NCBI GenBank assembly: GCA_963751955.1
Contig: CAVVWM010000016.1
Location: 41,118-105,117, forward strand
Length of the DNA: 64,000 nt
Origin: an uncultured Acidimicrobiales bacterium
GTDB lineage: Bacteria > Actinomycetota > Acidimicrobiia > Acidimicrobiales > SZUA-35
Direction of reading: 5' to 3'
The notes under the pieces are model-generated. The model searched no databases, was not told the origin of the DNA, and saw only the letters and a program-made list of their open reading frames with translations. Below are positions 56,781-64,000 of the stretch, piece after piece. Position 1 is the stretch's first letter. The number at the start of each line of letters is the position of its first letter. A program made the position numbers and the translations under genes.

Positions 56781-57611
56781 ATGAAACAAGTGCGATCAGT
56801 CACCCCCGAATCCGAAGGCTGGACCTACCTGGCATTCGAGATCATCGAGCTGAGTGCGGGGGAGTCGAGCACCCACAGCGAGACCGACCGGGAGCAGGCG
56901 GTCGTTCCCTTGAGCGGGACGGCGACACTGGGTTTCGATGGTTCCGAGCATGTTGTGAGCCGTTCCTCGGTATTCACTGAGCTCGCCCCGGTCGGATATG
57001 TACCCCCGGGGGTCGATATCACTGTCACTGCAGGGTCAGACCCATTCACCTACGCGGTAGGTTCGGCGCCAGCGGAAGGTTTGTACGGCGCCAAACTGGT
57101 GAAGCCATCCACCATCCGCAGCGAGATACGGGGCGGTGGCCAAGCTCTCCGCCAGGTGAACCACACACTGGCCATGCCGATTGAAGCCGAGCGCCTCATC
57201 CTGTACGAGGTTTACGTGCCGCGTGGAACATGGTCGGGCTGGTCTCCGCACTGCCACGACGGCTTCGACGGGTCGCCCTATCTGGAGGAGGTCTACTACT
57301 TCCGGATGGACCGGCCTGAGGGTTTCTGGTTCCATCGCAATTGGCGAGATGAAGGGGCCGAAAAGGACATCTTCAACGACCTTCATTCCGGCGGGGACGG
57401 AGACCTGGCAACGGTTCCCCGCGGCTACCACACTTCGGTGGCGTGCCCGGGAGCGAACATGTACTTCCTGAACTACTTGGCCGGTGAGCTGGTAGGGGAC
57501 GATCGTCGCACCCCGCCGTGTTTCCACAGCGACTTCACCTGGATCGAGAACGATTGGACAGCCGGTCAATGGGGACTGCCGGTGGTCACGAACGGCGATA
57601 TTGGTGGCTGA
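56781..57611 (+). CDS. iolB: 5-deoxy-glucuronate isomerase
   Basis: WSGWSPHCHD, LEEVYYF, VPRGYH, YFLN. Confidence 0.87.
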   Translation: MKQVRSVTPESEGWTYLAFEIIELSAGESSTHSETDREQAVVPLSGTATLGFDGSEHVVSRSSVFTELAPVGYVPPGVDITVTAGSDPFTYAVGSAPAEGLYGAKLVKPSTIRSEIRGGGQALRQVNHTLAMPIEAERLILYEVYVPRGTWSGWSPHCHDGFDGSPYLEEVYYFRMDRPEGFWFHRNWRDEGAEKDIFNDLHSGGDGDLATVPRGYHTSVACPGANMYFLNYLAGELVGDDRRTPPCFHSDFTWIENDWTAGQWGLPVVTNGDIGG

Positions 57612-58509
57612 ACTTGACCCTGAGCACTGGTCGGTGGGCGCATACCGCCGCCTGTCCAGGGTGACCAACGTCGACGGCCACTTCAACGTGCTCGCCGTCG
57701 ATCATCGGGACGCACTGAGGGCAGAATTAGATCCCACCGATCCCGATTCGGTTTCTGCGGAGACGCTGACCCAGTTCAAGGCCGACATGATCGCAGGATT
57801 GGGGGACACCCCGAGTGCGGTGATGTTGGAGCCGGAATATTCGCTTCCGCAACTATTGCTGAGCCGATCAGTACCGGCCTCAGTGGGTGTCTTCGGAGCC
57901 CTGGAGGCGCAGGGCTATCACAGCAACGTCGACGGGTCTGTATCAGTGAACGACTTCATGCCCAATTGGTCGGCGGATCAGCTTGTGCGAATGGGCGGTG
58001 ATGGCGCAAGAATCCTCGTGCTGTATCGGCACGACCGTGCCGACCATGCTGATGCTCAAGATCGGTTTGTCGCAGCCGCCGTCTCCCAGGCTCACGATGC
58101 CGGCCTCCCGATTCTGGTGGAGCCGGTGCCCTACGACCTTGCAGACGACGAGGACCGACGGCGCGTGATCGTCGAGTCGGCCCATCGCATCGCTCCGATG
58201 GGTCCGATGATCCTCAAGGTGCCCTTCCCCGGGAAGGGGGCGTGCGATGAGTTGAACGAGGCCACCGGCACCCAACCGTGGGCGTTGCTGAGCTGGGGTG
58301 TGCCCTACGAGGTATTTCGAGATCAGCTGTCCGAAGCCGTCGAACATGGATGCGCCGGTTTCACCGTCGGCAGGGCGCTGTGGCGTGAAGCTCTCGCCAC
58401 AGAAACCCGTGCCCAGGCGGTCCAAGACGTTGTGAAACCCCGCTTCGCCGAGTTGTGCGCAATAGCTTCCCGAGGCACATCGGTCTTCGACACAGTGCCG
58501 GCCCCCTAG
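57604..58509 (+). CDS. Class I aldolase, LacD/YihT (tagatose-bisphosphate aldolase) type
   Basis: LAVDHR, SAVMLEPEY, LVEP, ILKVPFP, WALLSWGV, GFTVGRALW. Confidence 0.78.
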   Translation: MAELDPEHWSVGAYRRLSRVTNVDGHFNVLAVDHRDALRAELDPTDPDSVSAETLTQFKADMIAGLGDTPSAVMLEPEYSLPQLLLSRSVPASVGVFGALEAQGYHSNVDGSVSVNDFMPNWSADQLVRMGGDGARILVLYRHDRADHADAQDRFVAAAVSQAHDAGLPILVEPVPYDLADDEDRRRVIVESAHRIAPMGPMILKVPFPGKGACDELNEATGTQPWALLSWGVPYEVFRDQLSEAVEHGCAGFTVGRALWREALATETRAQAVQDVVKPRFAELCAIASRGTSVFDTVPAP

Positions 58510-58535
58510 TCACCCTCTAACCCCTTGGATATCAC

Positions 58536-59717
58536 ATGAATACGATCGGAATCGCCGTCATTGGCTTTGGTTGGATGGGCCAAGCCCACAGTCGCAGCTA
58601 TGCCCGTATCCCATCGCTCTTTCCGGATCGGTCTGCCGAACCCGAGTTGGTCATCTGCTGCGACAACATGGAAAAGCGGGCCCAAGAGGCGGTTCGGAGC
58701 TTCGGGTTCGCCGAGTACACCACCAACCCTGCTGAGGCCATCGAGCACCCCGACGTGGATGCCGTGATCGTGTGCGCCCCCAACATGTTGCACGAGGAGC
58801 TTTGCGTGGCCGCCGCCGCTGCGGGAAAACACATCTTCTGCGAGAAGCCTGTAGGCGGCACTCCTGCCCAGACCGTTCGTGTCGCCGCCGCAGCCGAGGC
58901 AGCTGGTGTCATCACCGGCGTTGGTTACAACTACCGCTGGGCTCCTCTGGTTCGTTACGCCAAGCAGCTCATCGAGGACGGTGATCTGGGCGAGATCACA
59001 AACTATCGCGGTCGGTTCTTCTCCATGTATGGGTCCGATCCGATGGGCCTGCTGTCCTGGCGGTTCGAACTCGACGGAGCCGGTTATGGCGTGAGTTCGG
59101 ACATTCTGAGCCACAGCATTGATCTCGGCATGATGCTCAACGGCCCGATCACCAGCGTGGTCGGAATGCAGGAGACCTTCATCAAAGATCGCCCATTACC
59201 CAAAGCCGGTGGCACCCACTACGACCGCGGCCAGCCCGGTGACCCCACCGGTCCGGTGACAAATGAAGACTACGCCGGCTGCATGGTTCGCTTCACCAAC
59301 GGATCGATCGGCACGTTCGAGTCCAGCCGCAACATTGTGGGCCCACAAAGCCAGATGGCTTTCGACGTCTACGGCACCAAAGGTGCGCTGAACTGGAACC
59401 TGGAAACGATGAATGAGATGAACATCTTCATGACCGGTGGGGATCACCTTCACGACGGATTCACCAAGGTCTTCGCCGGCGATCGTTACCCATTTCACGG
59501 AAACTTCGTTCCCGGCGATGCCAACTCCATCGGCTACGAGGATCTCAAGGTCATCGAATGCCTGCAGTTCCTGACAGCCGTGGCAACCGGTGAGCAACAC
59601 GAGCCGGGCTTCCAGCAGGCCGTCGACTACGTCAGTGTGCAGCAAGCCATCATCAACAGCTGGGAAAGCGGTCGCTGGGAAGACGTGAAGACGCTGACGC
59701 CGGAGGATGTCCGATGA
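58536..59717 (+). CDS. Gfo/Idh/MocA oxidoreductase (inositol/levoglucosan dehydrogenase-like)
   Basis: GFGWMGQAH, CEKP, GYNYR, DILSHSID. Confidence 0.87.
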   Translation: MNTIGIAVIGFGWMGQAHSRSYARIPSLFPDRSAEPELVICCDNMEKRAQEAVRSFGFAEYTTNPAEAIEHPDVDAVIVCAPNMLHEELCVAAAAAGKHIFCEKPVGGTPAQTVRVAAAAEAAGVITGVGYNYRWAPLVRYAKQLIEDGDLGEITNYRGRFFSMYGSDPMGLLSWRFELDGAGYGVSSDILSHSIDLGMMLNGPITSVVGMQETFIKDRPLPKAGGTHYDRGQPGDPTGPVTNEDYAGCMVRFTNGSIGTFESSRNIVGPQSQMAFDVYGTKGALNWNLETMNEMNIFMTGGDHLHDGFTKVFAGDRYPFHGNFVPGDANSIGYEDLKVIECLQFLTAVATGEQHEPGFQQAVDYVSVQQAIINSWESGRWEDVKTLTPEDVR

Positions 59718-60700
59718 AGATTGCAGTTCTGGGGGTTGGCCGAATAGGGGCGATGCACGCCGACCTGATCGAGAACCGAATCAGCGGTGCCGATGTGGCA
59801 GGTGTTTTCGACGTGGTCGAGGACGCGGCTGTCGCTACGGCCGAGCGGCTCGGTGTTACCCGGTTCGCCAGCGTCGAGGAGGCCCTGGGCAGCGATGCCG
59901 AGGCGGTCGCGATCTGCACATCTACTCCGACCCATGTCGATCTCATGGTCCGGGCCGCCGCCGCCGGAAAGGCCATCTTCTGCGAGAAGCCTGTGTCGCT
60001 GGACCTCGAGGAAGTCGACCGTGGATTGGCTGCTGTCGAGGATGCCGGCGTACCACTTCACATCGGCTTCAACCGACGCTTCGATCCTTCCCATGCGGCT
60101 GTGCAGGCAGCCGTCGCCGCCGGAGAGATTGGTGAACTCCGCCAGCTTCGTATCAGCAGCCGGGACCCCGAGCCGCCGCCGATCGAGTACGTGAAGGTGA
60201 GCGGCGGCATCTTTCTCGACATGACCATCCATGATTTCGACATGGCCCGCTTCGTGACTGGATCAGAAGTGGTGGAGGTCTACGCAACCGGTTCGGTAAT
60301 GGTCGATCAAGGGATCGGTGAGGTGGGCGATCTCGACACCGTCACCGTGCTGCTGACACACGAAAACGGGACAGTCACCACGATCGACAACTGTCGTCAA
60401 AGTGCGTTCGGTTATGACCAGCGGGTTGAAGCGTTTGGCTCGAAGGGCATCGTCGGTTCGGAGAACCACACAGCTACATCAACGGTGAAACGAACCGCCA
60501 CAGGCAGTGCCGGTGACGTCGTGCCGCACTTCTTCCTCGAGCGTTACATTCCGAGCTACCTGCACCAGTGGGAACAATTCATCGCAGCAGTCCATACCGG
60601 GTCCGCTACACCGGTCAGCGGCGCCGATGGACGGGCGCCGCTGGTGATCGGGCTTGCAGCGAAGGAGTCGGTGAAGACGAACCGGCCGGTCCGAATCTGA
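59714..60700 (+). CDS. iolG: Myo-inositol 2-dehydrogenase
   Basis: GVGRIG, CEKP, GFNRRFDP, SRDP, SGGIFLDMTIHDFD, GYDQRVE. Confidence 0.9.
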   Translation: MKIAVLGVGRIGAMHADLIENRISGADVAGVFDVVEDAAVATAERLGVTRFASVEEALGSDAEAVAICTSTPTHVDLMVRAAAAGKAIFCEKPVSLDLEEVDRGLAAVEDAGVPLHIGFNRRFDPSHAAVQAAVAAGEIGELRQLRISSRDPEPPPIEYVKVSGGIFLDMTIHDFDMARFVTGSEVVEVYATGSVMVDQGIGEVGDLDTVTVLLTHENGTVTTIDNCRQSAFGYDQRVEAFGSKGIVGSENHTATSTVKRTATGSAGDVVPHFFLERYIPSYLHQWEQFIAAVHTGSATPVSGADGRAPLVIGLAAKESVKTNRPVRI

Positions 60701-62599
60701 CTACTCCAACACCAGATCGTGGGTGGCGTTGAAACGGGAGCCGGGGATTGGTGTCAGTCCGAGCAGCTGGAGTGAGAGATTGCCCGCCTCGGCGGCTCGG
60801 ATCGGCTGGATCCCAGTCTCGTCAGGTCGGCCAACTCCTGGATCGAGTCGGTTCGAGCTGTTCAGCGTGTAGAGATCATTGTCGGCTCCCACACCCGGAC
60901 CCCAGACGATGAAGGGCACCGTGTAGTTCTCGTCGTCATCGATGACGTAGTGCTGGGTTTCACCGATGGGACCGCCGTGATCGGATGTCACGATGATCGC
61001 GGTGGTTGACGCCAGGGCCGGGTCGTTGCCGATCGCGTCGAGGGCGGCGGCGATCGAGGTATCGGAGCTCGCGACGGCTGCGTTGTAGGCGGGTGATCCC
61101 CACCCGTTGGGATGCCCGAACCCGTCGGGATGAGGGATGTGCCAGAACATGTAGTCGGCTGGCTCGGCGGTGAGGTGGGCCAGTATCAGGTCGGTTTGCC
61201 CCTGGATCGAGAAGTTCTTTTCATAGGAGTCGATCTTGTCCCGACCCTCATCGGTTCCTGTTGTGTCGGGGGCCCCGTTCACGTCGTTCCAGCTACGGTC
61301 GAACAGGTCGAACTTTTCCTTGCCCACAAGCGCGTAGGTGGTCAGTCCGTTGTCGTGGGCGACGTCGAAGCTGGACACGAGATAGAAGCCGGCTTGATCA
61401 TGCACGGTGCCGCCAGGGTCCTCGTTCGTGAGGAGGTTGAAACCGTCAGGACCGAGCTGTCGGCGGCTGGTGAGCTGACCGGTGTGGTTGGGAAGGGTGA
61501 TCGTGGCATTGAAATCCGATCGGGCGTTGAGGGTGGACGCGCCATTGGTGATCAGGCTCCACAGCGTCGGGGTGAGCTGAGCGTTCACATAGTCGGACCG
61601 CAGCCCGTCGATGCTGATGTGAAGAACATGTTCGGCGCTACCGGCGGGCTGTGGCGCAGCGCACGGTGTGGGATCGCTGAACACACCGTTGCTCGAACGG
61701 GTCTCCACCCGATAGGCGTAGCTGCTGGACGTCGATAGGCCGCTCTGCGCGAACGAGGTGTCTGGCGGTAGCACGCGGCCGGTCCATCCGAACGGGCCTC
61801 CATTGCGGCTGCGGCGGATGACAAAGGCGTCTGCGTTGTCATCGGTGTGCCATGTCCAGTCGACCGTGGCGGTGTTACCCACACGAACGAAGGTGCACGA
61901 AGTAGGGGGAAGGGGTGCCGAGGGTGGTTCACCGGAGTTTGTGCACAGCGTTGCCGTACTGGCGGAGTTTTCTCCGTCTCGGGTTTCCACGGTGTAGTCG
62001 TAGGAAGAGTTTCCCGCCACGGTCTGGCCAAACGTCGTGTTTGGGACGTTGACTCGTCCTGTCCATCCGAATGTTCCGCCGTTTCGACTGCGCCGGATTA
62101 TGAACGCACTCGCATTGTCGTTCGCCGCCCGGGTCCATTCCACTGTCACCGCATTGCTCGTCCGGTCCGCAGTGCAGGAGACCGGCGTAACGGGGTTGGA
62201 ATTGGGCGCTGCCTCTTCGATGCAGGCAACGACAGGGCTCGACTGATTGGCGGGATCTTTCGCCTCGACGGTGTAGCTGTAGGCAGAGAACCTGGAGATT
62301 GTCTGGGTGAATGTGGTTGAGGGCACGTCGACCCGTCCTGTCCATCCAAAGGCTCCGCCGTTTCGACTGCGTCGGACTACGTACGAGGCGGCGCCATCCT
62401 CAGCCGCCCTCGTCCAGGACACCATCGCGCTCGAGCCGCTCAGGGTGAACTCACACGAGGTCGGTGCCAGCGCCGTCCCATCTGCCGACCAGGCGGTGGG
62501 TTGGCCGATGAGGAGCGCTCCAAGACATGCCAATGCCGCTGCAACTACTCGAACTCTTCGCCCCATAGCCCTAGTTAAGAACATTCTGTGCGCCCACAC
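60701..62599 (-). CDS. Secreted alkaline-phosphatase-superfamily (NPP/PafA-like) enzyme with three FN3-like repeats
   Basis: Signal peptide; 3x RRSRNGGxFGWTGRV; ISIDGLR, TITLPNH, PDGFGH, TSDHGG; true start may be 62584 or 62566. Confidence 0.82.
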   Translation of the reverse strand: MWAHRMFLTRAMGRRVRVVAAALACLGALLIGQPTAWSADGTALAPTSCEFTLSGSSAMVSWTRAAEDGAASYVVRRSRNGGAFGWTGRVDVPSTTFTQTISRFSAYSYTVEAKDPANQSSPVVACIEEAAPNSNPVTPVSCTADRTSNAVTVEWTRAANDNASAFIIRRSRNGGTFGWTGRVNVPNTTFGQTVAGNSSYDYTVETRDGENSASTATLCTNSGEPPSAPLPPTSCTFVRVGNTATVDWTWHTDDNADAFVIRRSRNGGPFGWTGRVLPPDTSFAQSGLSTSSSYAYRVETRSSNGVFSDPTPCAAPQPAGSAEHVLHISIDGLRSDYVNAQLTPTLWSLITNGASTLNARSDFNATITLPNHTGQLTSRRQLGPDGFNLLTNEDPGGTVHDQAGFYLVSSFDVAHDNGLTTYALVGKEKFDLFDRSWNDVNGAPDTTGTDEGRDKIDSYEKNFSIQGQTDLILAHLTAEPADYMFWHIPHPDGFGHPNGWGSPAYNAAVASSDTSIAAALDAIGNDPALASTTAIIVTSDHGGPIGETQHYVIDDDENYTVPFIVWGPGVGADNDLYTLNSSNRLDPGVGRPDETGIQPIRAAEAGNLSLQLLGLTPIPGSRFNATHDLVLE

Positions 62600-62646
62600 C
62601 CTAGGGAATTCAGTCCAGATCCTTGGGTACGACGTTCTAGTGCGGT

Positions 62647-63420
62647 CTAGGTGAGGAGGAGATTGTCCATCCGCCGGTTCACGAAGTGGCGCGCAAAGAT
62701 GGTCACGACCAGCAGGTACACAACGTGACCCAATGCCGACATGTCCATCGAGCCGCGCGCCAGATCACGAGTCAGGTCGACACCGTGGTACAGCGGAGTG
62801 GCCTGCACGATCGGTTGAGCCCACGAGGGATAGATGTCAAGTGCGAAGAACGTGGTGCTGAGGAGAAACAGCGGCTGGGTTATCAGGAACAAGATGTCAA
62901 AGTCTTGCCAGTTCCTTGCATATGTCGTTCCGTATGCCCCCATCGCACCAAACGCCAGGCCGATGAGCAACGCCGCGAAGGGTATGAGCAGCGCCCACCA
63001 GCTGGCCAGCAGACCGAAGGCCCACATCACCGCCAAGAACGTGGCGGAATAGAATCCGCCCCGAATCATTGCCCAGGCCACTTCACCGTCCATCACCTGT
63101 TTGATCGACAGCGGTGTGACCAGCATGGCGTCGAAAGTCCTGCTCTCCTTCAACTTGAAGTAGAAGTTGAACGTCATGTCGAAGATGGCGCCGTTCATGG
63201 CGCTGCTGGCCAACAGACCGGGAGCTACGAACTGGGCGTAGGTGATCACCTCGCCGTTCCATTCGATGTCGCCGACGAGCTGGCCGAGCCCCACACCGAG
63301 ACCGAACAGGAAGATCATCGGCTCGAACATGGCGCTGAACAAGATCAGCCACAGGCGCCGATACGAGACGACATTGCGCTCCACCACATGGATCGGCAAC
63401 ATCACCGAGGCCGGCATCAT
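62647..63420 (-). CDS. ABC-2 type exporter permease (NodJ-like)
   Basis: FEPMIFLFGLG, FVAPGLLASSAMNGA, TPLYHGV; ATGA coupling. Confidence 0.87.
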   Translation of the reverse strand: MMPASVMLPIHVVERNVVSYRRLWLILFSAMFEPMIFLFGLGVGLGQLVGDIEWNGEVITYAQFVAPGLLASSAMNGAIFDMTFNFYFKLKESRTFDAMLVTPLSIKQVMDGEVAWAMIRGGFYSATFLAVMWAFGLLASWWALLIPFAALLIGLAFGAMGAYGTTYARNWQDFDILFLITQPLFLLSTTFFALDIYPSWAQPIVQATPLYHGVDLTRDLARGSMDMSALGHVVYLLVVTIFARHFVNRRMDNLLLT

Positions 63421-64000
63421 GACCCGAGCGCCTTGGTGAACGTGCGTCGTCCGGCGTAGATGCCAACCAGAATGAACCCCAGGATGACAGCGGCGTGGCC
63501 CACGGCCGCTTCGAAGCTGAGCTCTCGGTCGATGATCAGGCCACGGCACAGTTGCACCCCGTGCCAAACCGGTGTGAGCCGGCTGAACCACGCCATGGCG
63601 CTGGGCAGCTGGTCCACAGGATAGAACGCACCGGAGAACAGGTAGAGGGGCAGGACCCCCAACCGCAAGACCACAGGGAAGCCCTGATCACCCTTGGCCT
63701 GACCCGTCCACGCCGAGATCAGCGCTGCGAAGGCCATCGCGGTGCCTGCTGCTGCCAGGGGAGCCAGCAGCGACATAGGACCGGTTGGTACGCCGAAGCC
63801 GGTGAGAACGGCCAGGTAGATGGTCGCTGCAACCAGGGCCCGGAAGCCGATCCACAGCACATGGCCGGTGAACAGTTGCCCGGTTGTGAGCGGGGTGTTG
63901 ATGATCGACACGTAGGTCCCGCGCCAGCGAAGCTGACCGGCCGTTTGCCAAAGGCTCTCCGACGCTCCAAGCTGCATGGCGGCGGCCGCCATGAGGCCGG
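63417..64000 (-). CDS. ABC-2 type exporter permease (5'-partial)
   Basis: GLMAAAAMQ, PLYLFSGAFYP, TPVWHGV. Confidence 0.85.
   Translation of the reverse strand, partial: GLMAAAAMQLGASESLWQTAGQLRWRGTYVSIINTPLTTGQLFTGHVLWIGFRALVAATIYLAVLTGFGVPTGPMSLLAPLAAAGTAMAFAALISAWTGQAKGDQGFPVVLRLGVLPLYLFSGAFYPVDQLPSAMAWFSRLTPVWHGVQLCRGLIIDRELSFEAAVGHAAVILGFILVGIYAGRRTFTKALGS

Overview
High-GC, gene-dense chromosomal window of an actinobacterium. Evidence: two WhiB genes, PdtaS, DUF3107, DUF3097, an ArsA pair and pervasive leaderless genes; Acidimicrobiia is my best guess by inference. About 61 CDS; no rRNA, tRNA, CRISPR array, transposase or phage genes seen. Main blocks: (1) a putative GH188 NAD+-dependent sulfoquinovosidase next to a SmoC/SquD-type sulfoquinovose monooxygenase, suggesting a sulfo-SMO pathway; (2) Fe-S genes (SufR-like regulator with cysteine desulfurase, Mrp, NfuA) plus pdtaS/whiB1 and etfBA; (3) two paralogous Xis/BldC-type HTH + CarH-like B12-binding regulators bracketing a topoisomerase IV-like pair in A-then-B order, whose B subunit carries EGNSA instead of EGDSA; (4) a Swt1-type HEPN-coiled-coil-TM protein divergent from a GGDEF-EAL gene; (5) a myo-inositol catabolic/ABC cluster with a double-size permease and a LacD-type aldolase. 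Also seen: a short dispersed repeat that starts exactly at stop codons, probable non-canonical ATC/CTG starts, and an unlisted 55-aa DUF2510 microprotein. All family calls come from motif recognition, not database searches.
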